From Betaproteobacteria bacterium (GTDB lineage: Bacteria > Pseudomonadota > Gammaproteobacteria > Burkholderiales > Gallionellaceae): a stretch of DNA of 64,000 bases. Position numbers and translations under genes: made by a program. Positions 22,010 to 33,095 of the stretch are shown in pieces (the first letter of the stretch is position 1; every line of letters starts with the position of its first letter). Below the pieces are notes generated by a model. That model was not told where the DNA came from, made no database searches, and saw only the letters and a program-made list of their open reading frames with translations. The stretch covers positions 6,723 through 70,722 of the forward strand of contig JAIOPT010000096.1 in assembly GCA_021413765.1 (NCBI GenBank). Direction: 5' to 3'.

Positions 22010-22119
22010 GGCAATGCTGAACAAGTCCATTCGAGTCGAAACGTACTCCTTGCAAATCATTAAATTACTAATGGCTTCGACAGGCTCAGCCCGAACTGAG
22101 AGACGTGTTCAGCATAGCC
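22010..22119. mobile_element. 110-bp MITE with IS5-like ends and TTAG target duplication
   Basis: IRs GGCAATGCTGAACAAGTC / GACGTGTTCAGCATAGCC (16/18), TTAG on both flanks (22006-22009, 22120-22123). Confidence 0.7.
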
Positions 22120-22627
22120 TTAGGCAAAAACAGATAGGGGCATATTCGACTTATGCTGTTGTTTGTCTGATAGGTCTGCCGCGCTGCAGGGGTGTCGCTC
22201 ACTACAATTCCCCAGAAAGTCGTCGGGGCAGGAAGAGTGGATTAAATTGAGTCTAGCCCTCATGGTAATGGGGCTAGTCACTCAATAAAACCACTTGAAT
22301 ACACTTCATATATTAACTTTACTCTGTCTAGTTGCCCGTCTTTCCGGGCAAAGTCATCGCTTCTCAGTTTTCGATCACTCATTGCGATTTTTGAGTGCAG
22401 AGATTTGCCAAGCCCGCACTGTTATTTACGGCCTAAACCGGCTTGACTCGAGCTATGCCAAATTGACTGAGTTCTTATTGGCTATGCGCGCAAATAATTA
22501 GATATTTTTCAGTGAAAATTTATAAGTTGTTGTTAAAATTAATTAATGTTGCTTCCATATAATATAAATTGATACTAAAAGTGGTAATTATTCGATGCTG
22601 ATTAACAAATCTGCCCCCACTGGCACC

Positions 22628-23599
22628 TCAGCAAAACCCAATTTTTTTCTTTTTGCCAGAAGATGACTTACGGTTATTCAAATCTTCCGGTAGCAGGTGG
22701 TCTCGTTTACCCAGCTTGGCGTTGCCAAAGGCGTCAACTAGCACCTTCCGCATGTTTCTCGGCGCATCTTCTGCCAGGCAATCCAGTACGTCATTGCTTG
22801 GCTCGATATCAAAGCCCCATTTATGTTGTTCAAGGATGTCCCGATAGATAGACAGGGCGATTTTGATGGATCCATCGTGATCCGGACGTTCGATAACATA
22901 CACATCCATACGATTCAGGATTGGATCGGGAATGTTGCTTTCGTTGTTGGCTGTGGCGACCCAGAGGATGTTGCTAGCATCAATATTCACCTCGACAAAC
23001 TCGTCTTTGAAGTGCAACGCCGTATCGTGCTCCAACAGCCCATAGAGCGAACCCATGGGGTCGTATCGGCTATCGCCGCCAGCTTTGTCCAGCTCGTCCA
23101 GTGTAATCAGAGGATTGGCGAAATCGCCGTTAATCAAGGCATGGGCCACTTTGCCGGGCTTGGCATTGCTCCACTGGGAAGAAGCACCGGAAAGAATCCA
23201 ACCAGCAGTCAGCGAACTCATGGAGAGGAATTCAAAAGACGTTCCCAGCACTTTAGCCATACTTTTTGCGAAGTGGGTTTTGCCTAAGCCGGGTTCGCCC
23301 AGCAATAGCATAGGCGTAAACTGCATCGGCTCATTGCCGTCGATGGCCAGTGCCATGTGTCTTTTGAGGGCGTCTATCACCTCGCTGAAATTAGGGGATG
23401 ATTCATACAAATCGTCCAGCCCGCTTGTTGAAGAAGGTTTGACAATAAAACGCACCCCCCCGCTCTTTTTCATGCCTTTGTACATGGCTTGTAGCGTTTC
23501 GTTACCCTTAGAGCTGGAATCCTCCATGGCGCGTTCGACATCCGCGACACTGTAAATCGTTTTGAATTCTGCAAGCGGGATTTGGGTGGGCATATTCAT
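22628..23599 (-). CDS. stand-alone Lon-like AAA+ ATPase (no protease domain)
   Basis: Walker A GEPGLGKT, Walker B LDELDK, FKDEF, ATAN; GGAGG RBS before ATG 23599. Confidence 0.85.
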   Translation of the reverse strand: MNMPTQIPLAEFKTIYSVADVERAMEDSSSKGNETLQAMYKGMKKSGGVRFIVKPSSTSGLDDLYESSPNFSEVIDALKRHMALAIDGNEPMQFTPMLLLGEPGLGKTHFAKSMAKVLGTSFEFLSMSSLTAGWILSGASSQWSNAKPGKVAHALINGDFANPLITLDELDKAGGDSRYDPMGSLYGLLEHDTALHFKDEFVEVNIDASNILWVATANNESNIPDPILNRMDVYVIERPDHDGSIKIALSIYRDILEQHKWGFDIEPSNDVLDCLAEDAPRNMRKVLVDAFGNAKLGKRDHLLPEDLNNRKSSSGKKKKIGFC

Positions 23600-24075
23600 A
23601 AGAACCTCCGTGTTTATTAAGTGAGACACTTTTCCTGTATCAAATTTAAACAGAACCAATTCGATCTGCTGCCGGATCAGAGGTAATGGAATACGTTGTA
23701 TGATCCATTTGCAGTGCGTTTGATATATGTATCGGCGTAAAATGCAAAAGATTAAAAAATAGTCAGCTCAAATCACTATTTTTTATTGCTATGCACTCAT
23801 GGGTGATTTTCTCCCAACAGTTTGAAACTTCCCGCAGCTGCTCTGGATTTTTCGATTGCTTGCGTTGTTCCATAAAAGACCCGCAAATTCCAGTTTGGGT
23901 GGTCTAGCTATCTGTGAAGTGGTACAGAATTTGTTGGGATGTGAGAGCTGATCCCGTGCCGTTATGATACCTATAGTGGATTGCGCCTATAATCAGCCCC
24001 ACGTATCCACAGTTCCTCGTGTTCACGTGTTACTTGAACGGGGGTGCTTTGAAAATCTCTAGAGAGGACAAATAA

Positions 24076-25365
24076 ATGGTCTCGATTGAATACTTGGAAA
24101 GTGAACGTCAAATGATTTGGGCAAAAATCGTTGAACTTCAAAGTTTGATCGAGAAGAAAACTTCAGATTATGAAAACGATGCAAAGCAGGCATCAAAAAA
24201 ATGCTCTGAGTACAAAAATAAATGTGACGCAACTAAAGATGAAGCGGCTCAACTTCTTTTAAATGTAAAGAAGATCACTGATGACATACATCAATCTAAC
24301 GTTCGAACGCTCATTACTGAAATTCAAACATTTCGAGACGAATTCCTTCCAAAAAAAGACATATTAATTACCCAACTTGAAGAATTTGATAGTTTGTTTG
24401 CAGAATACTCAACATATGCTGAGAATCTAAAAAAGCTAGACGGAATATCAAGTTCGGCTGATGAAACCTCAATGAAAATTGAGACTATTTTCAAACAGCT
24501 TGCTGCAAGAAAAAAAGAAATTGATCAATTCTATTTGGACATATTTGGGTACTCTGAAAGCGACGTGGCAACAGGTGATGCATTATTGGTTACAGGACTA
24601 AAAGATGAGCTTGAGAAAACATTTTCTGAGCTAAAGATCAGTTTTGAAACGTTCTCCATTAATAAAAATAATGAATTCAATGACACTTTAAGTAAGTGGA
24701 AGACTGAACAATCACAACTTGCTAATAAGGTTAAGTCACTTCTTCCTGATGCTTTGACGGCTGGATTATGTTCTGCATACTCAAAGAAAAAAGAGGACGA
24801 AATAAGTGAAAGTAAGGCGCTTGATAGAGTCTTCAAAAAATACGTTTATGGGTTAATCGGTATATCTTTTATACCTTTTACGATTAGCATCTATCTGCTG
24901 ATTCAAGGTATCTCCTTAGACGAAACAATATTAAAAATTCCACGGTTAGTATTGTCTATCCTTCCTTTGTATGTCCCCGTATTGTGGGTTGCTATCTCAG
25001 CCAACCGAAAAATGAATTTATCAAAGCGCCTGATTGAGGAATATACGCACAAAGAGGTTTTAAGCAAAACGTTTGAAGGCCTTGCCAATCAAATTCAGGA
25101 TATTGAAGATTCAGATATCGCTAATGATCTCAAAACACGGCTGCTCTACAATATATTAGAAGTGAGTTCAGAAAATCCCGGCAAACTCATTTCTAACTAT
25201 AACAAATCAGATCATCCATTAATGGATGCTCTCGATAAAAGTGTCAAGTTAACCAATGCGATTGAACATCTTTCAAAAATTCCAGGGATGTCTAAGTTAG
25301 TTAATGTGCTAGACAATAAGTCAAAATTGACTCTTGAAAAAGAAGTTACAAAAGCAGTTTCTTGA
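24076..25365 (+). CDS. hypothetical coiled-coil protein with two TM helices (AT-rich)
   Basis: 429 aa ORF, GAGG RBS, long charged helical N-terminus, two hydrophobic segments. Confidence 0.8.
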   Translation: MVSIEYLESERQMIWAKIVELQSLIEKKTSDYENDAKQASKKCSEYKNKCDATKDEAAQLLLNVKKITDDIHQSNVRTLITEIQTFRDEFLPKKDILITQLEEFDSLFAEYSTYAENLKKLDGISSSADETSMKIETIFKQLAARKKEIDQFYLDIFGYSESDVATGDALLVTGLKDELEKTFSELKISFETFSINKNNEFNDTLSKWKTEQSQLANKVKSLLPDALTAGLCSAYSKKKEDEISESKALDRVFKKYVYGLIGISFIPFTISIYLLIQGISLDETILKIPRLVLSILPLYVPVLWVAISANRKMNLSKRLIEEYTHKEVLSKTFEGLANQIQDIEDSDIANDLKTRLLYNILEVSSENPGKLISNYNKSDHPLMDALDKSVKLTNAIEHLSKIPGMSKLVNVLDNKSKLTLEKEVTKAVS

Positions 25366-25447
25366 TTTGAAAAAGTAGAGCTTCCCAAATCAATGGGGGA
25401 GACCTCAGGGTCAGACGCGATTAATAAAGCCCCCAACAGCTGATGCT

Positions 25448-25984
25448 TTACAAAAGAGATATTGCTGACTTGTTGTAATGGTCTATGAATTGATTGGTGT
25501 CCAAGAATTCTTTGATTCGATTTAGTAACATTTCGATGAACAATTCCATGTCATCTTCCCAAGCGGGACTCGACTCAACCGTTTTACTCCGTGGGTCATA
25601 GAAGCCAAACTGGCGAATTCCATTATGAAACCTTATCGCGATCGGAACGTGTACCCTATGTTTTTGAAGGGTGTTTGAGGCCTTGCCAAAAGCAATTGAA
25701 AGACCAAAGAGAAACTCTCCGTTATCGGTGATCCGACTGAGTGAAGTTGTTTCGTCCAGAGATATTTTTTTTTCAAATAGTTCGACTACTTCGACGTAGC
25801 GTATTGGTTCTAAGGTGCCATGCCCGTCCAGAAACTCCGAGGGGGGATTAAGCATGGCGGTGACTTCGTCACGTAAGCATGTTGCCTGCTCTTGCACGTC
25901 ACGAAGCCATTTTTCATGGCGAGAGTGCAAGTGATTCCAAGAATTGTTCAGGTCATCGTAGGAGTAGGACAAAAGGTTTTTCAT
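25448..25984 (-). CDS. hypothetical protein (AT-rich)
   Basis: ~178 aa ORF convergent with the previous gene; start uncertain (25984 or 25999). Confidence 0.65.
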   Translation of the reverse strand: MKNLLSYSYDDLNNSWNHLHSRHEKWLRDVQEQATCLRDEVTAMLNPPSEFLDGHGTLEPIRYVEVVELFEKKISLDETTSLSRITDNGEFLFGLSIAFGKASNTLQKHRVHVPIAIRFHNGIRQFGFYDPRSKTVESSPAWEDDMELFIEMLLNRIKEFLDTNQFIDHYNKSAISLL

Positions 25985-26161
25985 AAGGTTTTCTAACAAG
26001 GCTGTAGGGGAAGTCTCTCACTGCTTATCGTACACCAACCAACACCATTAAACCGCCAAGAAAGCAATAGAGGTGATTTTTTCAAAGTAATCGATTGTGG
26101 ATCACGTTCAAAATTAACGTTCACAGTGGTTATTAACTGCTTTGAAATATTTGGCCACAGA

Positions 26162-26467
26162 TTATTCTCGCACTAAGCAATTTGTCGACGTACAAAAATG
26201 ATTATATCTTTTACCAGGGGGAATTTTGGTGGCGTGAGGGGTAACTACCCGCCCACGCGGCGCTTCACGCCGCTCATCGATCTCCGCAACCGTAAGCTCG
26301 CTTGGCGCCAGCACAATTATCTTGCTCACTCCACAACGCCGCAAACTGTCGATATGAGAAGTGTTGATCACCATGCCAAGTGGCAGCAGCATATTGCTGC
26401 AGCTCATCAGTACTTTGCCTAACACCATACCGGGTAGCGTTTTGTCGAGCGGAATTATTTGGATCAT
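26162..26467 (-). CDS. small hypothetical resembling the N-terminal module of HD-GYP proteins; possibly decayed
   Basis: [13 protein letters not shown]...[21 protein letters not shown] pattern; ATGA overlap with the upstream gene. Confidence 0.5.
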   Translation of the reverse strand: MIQIIPLDKTLPGMVLGKVLMSCSNMLLPLGMVINTSHIDSLRRCGVSKIIVLAPSELTVAEIDERREAPRGRVVTPHATKIPPGKRYNHFCTSTNCLVRE

Positions 26468-29400
26468 TGCTGATTTGGCAAGAGGGCGTGCGGCAGCAGC
26501 ACGAGCAGGGTACCGCGCGAGCGGGAGTGCTCGCTTATACTGCTACAGCGCAAACGATAGCGGACACCATTGATGTCAATGTCTGACTCTGCCGTCAGGG
26601 ACGAACCCAGCGCCGCGAGGAGCGACGCCGGCAGCGAGGCGTAAATGTTCCGGCCCAGAAGCAGTTCGCCATTGCCGAAGGTCACGTCGGCGGCGGTGTT
26701 GGCAAAGGTGACAGTGCGCTCATCGTCGATACCGATGATCGGCCAGGGTAGTTGCGGCAGTACTTGTTGTGCGATGTCGAGCAAAGACTCGTCGCGCATC
26801 ACCTGTAGATCCTTGTTCGCCAGCAGCTTCTGCAACTGCTCGTTGGCCATTGTCATCTGGCTGTTGGTCAACGCCAATCCTGTGTGCTGGCGGAGGTTCT
26901 CGTCGGCCATTTCCTTGTTTCGGAAGGCTTCCTCAATGTTGGCACGAAGGATGCCGTCGTCCCAGGGCTTGGTCAGGAATTTGTAGATCGCCCCCTCATT
27001 GATCGCATTCGTCACCGCATGTAGATCGGTGTAGCCGGAAAGTACCAGGCGTACTGTCTTCGGATGCAGCGTCTTGACCCGGCGCAGGAACTCGATCCCG
27101 CTCATGCCGGGCATGCGTTGGCCGGAAATGATTACGTCGACTTGATGGCTAGCGAGCAGTTCCAGTCCTTGCTCCGCGTTCCGGGCGGTGAGAATGTCGT
27201 AGCCGTCGTGACACAACAGCTGCTTCAGCGCTGAAAGAATATTTGCTTCGTTGTCGACTAAGAGCAGCGTCCGGCTCTGCTTCAGGCCGGCCATCATCCG
27301 GCTGCCCAGCGATCGACCCTCGCGCAGCAGAGCTGTCGCGTCCTCGGCGGGCAGCGGCCGGCTAAAATAATAGCCCTGGATCTCGTCGCAATGGTTGGCG
27401 ATCAGAAGACCCAGCTGCCCCTCGGTCTCGACTCCCTCGGCCACCACCTTGAGCTTCAGGCTGTGCGCCAGGGTGATGATGGCGCGGGTTATCGAAACGT
27501 CGTCGGGGTCGGCGATAATGTCCTGAACGAAGGCCCGGTCGACCTTCAGGCAGTCGATTGGAAAGCGCTTAAGATAGGCCAGGCTGGAGTAGCCGGTACC
27601 GAAATCATCCAGAGTAATTTTCACGCCGATCGCTTTGATCCGCTTTAGGATGCCAACGACGCCATCGGCATCTTTCATCAACTGGCTTTCGGTCAGTTCC
27701 AGCTCCAAGTGAATAGGTGCCAGCCCGCTCGCCGCCAGCGCCTGACGCACTGTCTCGCACAGGTCGGTGACATGAATCTGCCGCTCGGAGATATTGACCG
27801 CCATGCTCGGCGTCCCCAGTCCTTCATCGTGCCAGCACCGCAATTGTGCGCAGGCAGTGGTTAGCACCCATTCGCCGATCGGAACGATCAGACCGGTTTC
27901 CTCCAGCAACGGAATAAACTCGTCCGGTCCCACCAGACCACGTGCAGGATGCTGCCAACGCAGCAGCGCCTCAAAACCTGTGATTTTTCCGGTGGCGCAA
28001 CTCACTTTGGGCTGGTAATAGAGCAGGAACTCGCAATTGCTTAGTGCGTGACGGAGGTCTGTTTCCATCCGCATCTTGTTTTGCGTGTTCCGGTTCATCT
28101 CCATCGTGAAGAACTGGAAGGTGTTGCGCCCCTGATTCTTGGCCCGGTACATCGCTGTGTGGGCGTTATGGATCAGAGCCGCGCTATCAACGGCATCGTC
28201 CGGGAACAAGGTGATGCCGACACTTGCCGAGACGAACAGTTCATAGCCTTCAATCAGGTGTGGCCCGGTGCAACTGTCGATCACTTTGCGCGCCACCATC
28301 GCCGCGTCCTCACTATGGCCAATCTCTGGCAGGATGATGCAGAACTCGTCCCCCCCCAGACATCCGACCGTGCCGGTAGCGTCCAAGCATGCCGTGAGAC
28401 GGCGTGCGATTTCATGCAGCAGTCCATCGCTGATGCCGTGTCCTAGCGTGTTAATGACCACCTTGAAATTATCTAGATTTACTATCAGTACCGCCAATAG
28501 CCACTTGTTGCGTCGCGCCGCCATTATTCCTTGATCCAGGCGGTCGTGAATCAGGGCGCGGTTGGGCAGTCCGGTGACGACGTCGAAGTAGGCCAAATAA
28601 TTTAGCTGCTGCTCCTTATTGATGTGATCCATCGCGAACGCGATGTCGCTAGCCAGCTCAGTTAACAGCTTCATCTCTTCTTCATGGAAGAATTCGCTCT
28701 CACTAGCGTACAGCGCGAACACGCCTACCGCTTCATCCGAAACAATCAGTGGCAAAACTGCCATCGAGCGAACTTCTGATTCAGTGTATCTCTTGTTGAA
28801 TAATACCCTAGGGTCGCTTTTCGAATCGTTTGATACGACGGGCCTTTTCTCCCTTACCGCCCGTGCGAGCATGGTATTTGGCGCAGTCTCGCTTGATGAC
28901 AATATGCCTTTAACGGCGGTCAGAAGCTCTTCATCCTTGCCCGCAGAGGCGACCGGGACAATAATATTGTTTGTACTTTGATCCACGATAGCTATCAAGG
29001 CCATGCGGAACCCGCCTACCTCGACCGCGATCCGGCATGTCTCCCTGAATAGCTCGTCGCGTTCGCGCACACGCACGATGAGCGTGTTGATGCCGCTAAG
29101 CATGACATATACGCGGTTGAGATATACGATACTGGCTTCCGCTTTCTTGCGCTCAGTGATGTCTTCGCCGATGCTAGCCGTTCCAATCACATTTCCGGCT
29201 CCCGACCGTAACACCGAATTGTTCCAGAGAATGAGTCGACGTTCGCCAGAACGCGTGAGAATCTCGTTCTCGTGATGCCTTGCTTCGGGTTGATTGGCGA
29301 GGAGCTCTGCAAAAAATGAGTTTTTTAAATTGATATTTTTGGGTGGTACGAAAAGCTCAAACCAGTTTCGCCCGATGACTTCCCCAAGTTGCCAACCGGT

Positions 29401-30078
29401 CAGACGGAGCAAATACTCGTTGCAATACGTAATCCGCGCTTCGCAGTCTAGCATCACTGAAACCAGCTCTACATTACCCAGTAGGTCGCTAAAGCGACGT
29501 TCACTTTCGCGCAGTTCCTGCGCGACTTTTTTTCGCTCCGTTATATTCAAGTGCATGACCACGACGCCGTTCAGATGGTCATCAGCCAGGGGGTTTACCA
29601 TCAACAGGAACCAGCATAGTTCCGTCGGTGAATGACAGGAATATTCGAGCGAAAAACTCTTTACCCCGCCACCCAACACCGATCGAATACCTGCTGCAGC
29701 CCGGTGAGCCTCGGATGCGCCATCTCCCTTTACTCTGTCGCAAATCTCCAGGTAATTGACGCCGATCCCATGCCCCTGGCCCTGGATCGCATTCGTGCTG
29801 GTAATTCGCCGCCATGCCTCGTTCACCGATATGATGAGTCCTTGGGTATTAAGCAAAGCAACATGAGCGGGCAACGCGTTGAGGATGGCAGTCTCGTTGT
29901 GACGCAAGCGATCCTGGGCGCGCCGTAGCAAGAATGGTCGGCCGTCACGGTCCGTTACCGCATCCACCTCGCCGGCCGTTAGTTCCTCCAAACGTTGCCC
30001 GGTCTGGTGCAGCGTCTCGATTAATGCGGAAATTTTCTCATTCGCGTTTTCCACAGGTGACGGGTCTTTGGGGTTCAT
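26464..30078 (-). CDS. PAS-PAS-GAF-GGDEF-EAL-REC c-di-GMP signalling protein
   Basis: Two PAS (NITERKK, DITERKK), [28 protein letters not shown] (KFLTKPWD); start overlaps the kaiB stop (ATGA). Confidence 0.92.
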   Translation of the reverse strand: MNPKDPSPVENANEKISALIETLHQTGQRLEELTAGEVDAVTDRDGRPFLLRRAQDRLRHNETAILNALPAHVALLNTQGLIISVNEAWRRITSTNAIQGQGHGIGVNYLEICDRVKGDGASEAHRAAAGIRSVLGGGVKSFSLEYSCHSPTELCWFLLMVNPLADDHLNGVVVMHLNITERKKVAQELRESERRFSDLLGNVELVSVMLDCEARITYCNEYLLRLTGWQLGEVIGRNWFELFVPPKNINLKNSFFAELLANQPEARHHENEILTRSGERRLILWNNSVLRSGAGNVIGTASIGEDITERKKAEASIVYLNRVYVMLSGINTLIVRVRERDELFRETCRIAVEVGGFRMALIAIVDQSTNNIIVPVASAGKDEELLTAVKGILSSSETAPNTMLARAVREKRPVVSNDSKSDPRVLFNKRYTESEVRSMAVLPLIVSDEAVGVFALYASESEFFHEEEMKLLTELASDIAFAMDHINKEQQLNYLAYFDVVTGLPNRALIHDRLDQGIMAARRNKWLLAVLIVNLDNFKVVINTLGHGISDGLLHEIARRLTACLDATGTVGCLGGDEFCIILPEIGHSEDAAMVARKVIDSCTGPHLIEGYELFVSASVGITLFPDDAVDSAALIHNAHTAMYRAKNQGRNTFQFFTMEMNRNTQNKMRMETDLRHALSNCEFLLYYQPKVSCATGKITGFEALLRWQHPARGLVGPDEFIPLLEETGLIVPIGEWVLTTACAQLRCWHDEGLGTPSMAVNISERQIHVTDLCETVRQALAASGLAPIHLELELTESQLMKDADGVVGILKRIKAIGVKITLDDFGTGYSSLAYLKRFPIDCLKVDRAFVQDIIADPDDVSITRAIITLAHSLKLKVVAEGVETEGQLGLLIANHCDEIQGYYFSRPLPAEDATALLREGRSLGSRMMAGLKQSRTLLLVDNEANILSALKQLLCHDGYDILTARNAEQGLELLASHQVDVIISGQRMPGMSGIEFLRRVKTLHPKTVRLVLSGYTDLHAVTNAINEGAIYKFLTKPWDDGILRANIEEAFRNKEMADENLRQHTGLALTNSQMTMANEQLQKLLANKDLQVMRDESLLDIAQQVLPQLPWPIIGIDDERTVTFANTAADVTFGNGELLLGRNIYASLPASLLAALGSSLTAESDIDINGVRYRLRCSSISEHSRSRGTLLVLLPHALLPNQQ

Positions 30079-30365
30079 GGCGCGACGGATTCCAGCCTCA
30101 AAGCATGCAATACGATCTGTGTCTGGCTGAGTGTGCCCACGATCATTTGAACGGGGGACGGCGCAAGCTTGACCAGAGTCGGCGTCATAAAAATTCCATC
30201 TGTCAGCGCACGCTTCGGTTCCCGAAACACATCCACGATTTCGATCTCGTGTCGATCCGCGAAGTGCGCCCGACAAAGTGCGGTAAGGTTGGCAAGCGCC
30301 TGCGCGGAGTTCGGCGCATCGCCTGCGATATAGAGCCGGAACTTGAATATGACTTTTGGTCTCAT
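30075..30365 (-). CDS. kaiB: KaiB family protein
   Basis: FRLYIAG..PNS, EIVDV, TPTLVK..P.P...IVG.LS; directly after kaiC. Confidence 0.9.
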   Translation of the reverse strand: MRPKVIFKFRLYIAGDAPNSAQALANLTALCRAHFADRHEIEIVDVFREPKRALTDGIFMTPTLVKLAPSPVQMIVGTLSQTQIVLHALRLESVAP

Positions 30366-30372
30366 GGCGAAT

Positions 30373-32106
30373 TCACTTCCGATCCGGCTTTGTTGCATCG
30401 GCCCCACGCAACTCTTCCATGCGGGTGAGACCTTGCGATATCTCCCCCTTGCGACTCTCCGTAGTATGGATCAACAATTCCTTTTCGACTTGCTTCGCCA
30501 AGAGTTCCGTCTGCAGCGACTTCACTCGCACCTCGAGCTCGGCTTCCTCGGCATCGAGCCTGACGCGCTTAAGCTTTGCGGCGACTTCATTGACTTCGTT
30601 CGCTACACGATCGGCGCGTTCCTTTTGCCAGCGCAGCGCGCCCATTAACACCTCACCGCCTGCAGTGTAGGTGTCGGTCAGTGTTACACCCGAATCGCTG
30701 AGGATCAGCTCGCGCACTTGGTTCGAATGCGCTGTGCCGCGGGATTTGATGATGGACAAGCCCCGGTTGCGTTCCCCGGCCTGTAGTAAGTAGTTGAGGT
30801 GGATCCAGGTGTCAGCGATCTTCGAGATCTGTAGTGACGAGCTGCCTTCCGACTGGCTGGACATCTCGTCGAGCAGGCTGGTGCAGACCAAGGTGGTGCC
30901 GCCGGCCTTAGACCAGTCGATCAACCGTTCCGCTACACTGCGCGCGGTCAATGCATTGCCGGCTTTGGACCATGTTGAGACTGGATCAATCACCAGGCAA
31001 CGAGCCCTATGCTCCTTAGCGAGCGTTTTGATGCGCACAAGAAATGTTTCTGCACTGCCGGTGATGGTGCGGGCCGAAATCATGCGCAGGCATCCACTTT
31101 TTACATAACGATCCAGCCGGATACCTACCGAGGCCAGGTTACGGATCACCTCGGAACCATCCGAATCAAAACTGACGAACAGGGTGCGCTCGCCGCGCTG
31201 GCAGGCTGCATCCGCGAACGCACCGCTCAAGGTGGTTTTAGCCGTGCCTGAGAAACCGGTGATCAGCACGCTAGCGCCGCGGTAGTAGCCGCCACCCAAC
31301 ATGGTATCGAGCCGCTCCACTCCGCTGGAAATGCGCTCGCTAGTCACTTCGGCATCCACACGGCTCGGCGTGTGCACGGCGGCGACCTCAAATCCATTTT
31401 TACCGATCACGAACGGTAATTCATCTTCGTCGAAGCTGGAGCCGCGATACTTCTGAACGCGCATGTTGCGTTGCGATACGCCCAGAATCACGCTATTACT
31501 GAGAAGAACGGTGCAGTCCACTATGAAGTGCATGAAACCGAATGGCGACTGGCTCATAGCGTTGATATATCCCTCATCAGCCTTAAGGGTAATGAGGCCC
31601 GTCAGTTCGCGCGCCAATAACCACTCATGTAGCCTATAGATCTCTCGCCTTCTCGCCGCCTCGTCAGGTAATAGTGTCAATATGACATCCAGGGCATCGA
31701 ACACAATACGCCGCGCCTTTGTTTCCTTGGATTTGGCCTCCAGCGCCGCAAGCATCCCGCCGAAATCGAAATCCCCTGACTGGACCAGATCGGGCATCGG
31801 CTGGATATCCATGAAAAACAGTTTTTTCCGCTGCAACTCCGCGAGTTTCCAGCCAAAGCTTTCGGCATTGGCCACGATGCGCTTCGAGTTTTCCTCAAAA
31901 GCGACAAAGATACCTGGTTCCTTGCACTCCCACGCGCCATGCACCAAAATTTGCAGCGCGAGTACGGTTTTGCCGGAGCCTGGCCCGCCTACCAGCAGCG
32001 TCGTGCGTCCGTGTGGTAAACCTCCGCCGGTGATTTCATCGAAACCGGCGATACCGGTCTGCGCTTTGGTTGACACTTTCATGAGGGGAGATTGGACGGG
32101 TTTCAT
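30373..32106 (-). CDS. kaiC: KaiC family double RecA-like ATPase
   Basis: CI: TGIAGFDEITGGGLP, GGPGSGKT, AFEE, KYRGS. CII: SSGVERLDTMLGGG, GTAKT, KSRGTAHSNQVRE. Confidence 0.93.
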   Translation of the reverse strand: MKPVQSPLMKVSTKAQTGIAGFDEITGGGLPHGRTTLLVGGPGSGKTVLALQILVHGAWECKEPGIFVAFEENSKRIVANAESFGWKLAELQRKKLFFMDIQPMPDLVQSGDFDFGGMLAALEAKSKETKARRIVFDALDVILTLLPDEAARRREIYRLHEWLLARELTGLITLKADEGYINAMSQSPFGFMHFIVDCTVLLSNSVILGVSQRNMRVQKYRGSSFDEDELPFVIGKNGFEVAAVHTPSRVDAEVTSERISSGVERLDTMLGGGYYRGASVLITGFSGTAKTTLSGAFADAACQRGERTLFVSFDSDGSEVIRNLASVGIRLDRYVKSGCLRMISARTITGSAETFLVRIKTLAKEHRARCLVIDPVSTWSKAGNALTARSVAERLIDWSKAGGTTLVCTSLLDEMSSQSEGSSSLQISKIADTWIHLNYLLQAGERNRGLSIIKSRGTAHSNQVRELILSDSGVTLTDTYTAGGEVLMGALRWQKERADRVANEVNEVAAKLKRVRLDAEEAELEVRVKSLQTELLAKQVEKELLIHTTESRKGEISQGLTRMEELRGADATKPDRK

Positions 32107-32940
32107 CTTGTTTCCTGCAGGAAGCATAATTGACTCAGCCACCGCGATGACAGCTGGCAATATACATCCGGTTCTTTCATTGCAATTCGCTCGACCGTTT
32201 GCTGCTGATGCCAGACTAGGAAGGACGAGACCTGACGTTTATTCAGCATTGCCTTGGAGGGATAGGCGAATAACCTCGGGACGTGACTGGGATCCAATAT
32301 ACATGAGTGCCAAGTATATCTAGCATCGTAGCCGAGAACGGGAGAATCGGGATTGCTCTCAAGCATATGTCACCTCCTATCGAAACATGGAACGCATCCC
32401 GGATGCAGATCACGTGGGAAAATCGCGAAAGAGCATGGAAAAAAATGGCTAAGTCAGGGAAATGGCGATGCCCCATAACTGTCTGAGGCTTATAACCTTA
32501 TTTACTATAAACGAATGTGCGGTAACACACATAAATCGCCTGAAAAACTATTCAGTTTCCAATAAAATTGTTGTAGTACGCGGTTACTATTTGAATATAT
32601 TAGGATAATTTGCACCGTCTCTCTGTTCGGATTTGAATGCGTCGCCTGGTAAAACTTACAACAAGGACATTGTCTCGGACCGGGTGGCCGACAATACGCG
32701 ATAGCTCATATGGCCTCCGGTAGCGATATGAAAAATTCGCTTTGTTCTGCTGAGGATGGCAACAAGCGAGGACCCATATCATACTGTTGGCTACCGCACA
32801 TAGTTTGCGATGAAGCAGATGTATGCTTTTGTTTGACTGATGTTGGATGCGGCGTAAATGTCGAATTACTCATCTTCTGGGTGTGCTCAAAAATCAACTG
32901 CAACACCTTGAAGAGATTAAGGTGATTGGCTAGAATGAAC

Positions 32941-32982
32941 AAGGAACCTATATAAACAGTAAATAAGGAACCTGTACAAACA
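32941..32982 (+). repeat. tandem 18-bp direct repeat upstream of the eCIS operon
   Basis: AAGGAACCTATATAAACA (32941-32958) and AAGGAACCTGTACAAACA (32965-32982), 16/18. Confidence 0.65.
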
Positions 32983-33095
32983 TTTGGGTGCTGAAGAACA
33001 AACAACGCTTCTCGATTGGCAGCAGGAAGGATGATCAGTCCAATACCAAAAATTAGTTAATTTACGAGTAATTCCAAACCTTCAGGGAGGTTCAC

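Noticed and set aside
23812-23938. Possible inverted-repeat element (TCCCAACA...TGTTGGGA)
   Set aside because: Only an 8-bp perfect match and no target duplication
25363-25443. In-frame continuation after the TGA (readthrough/nonsense mutation)
   Set aside because: Only 25 codons, overlapping a repeat remnant; no supporting signal
30079-30276. N-terminal extensions in the ORF track (30276, 49247, 15994, 13773, 13935, 62449)
   Set aside because: They overlap neighbouring genes or promoters; downstream starts fit RBS, coupling and known N-termini
30075-32106. Bona fide circadian clock
   Set aside because: No kaiA in the window, and KaiC lacks canonical CII residues; oscillation cannot be inferred
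32107-33095. c-di-GMP riboswitch, ops element or small ORFs in the kai/eCIS intergenic region
   Set aside because: No GEMM motif seen, TCCGGTAGCGA deviates from ops, and the ORFs lack RBS or protein-like signatures
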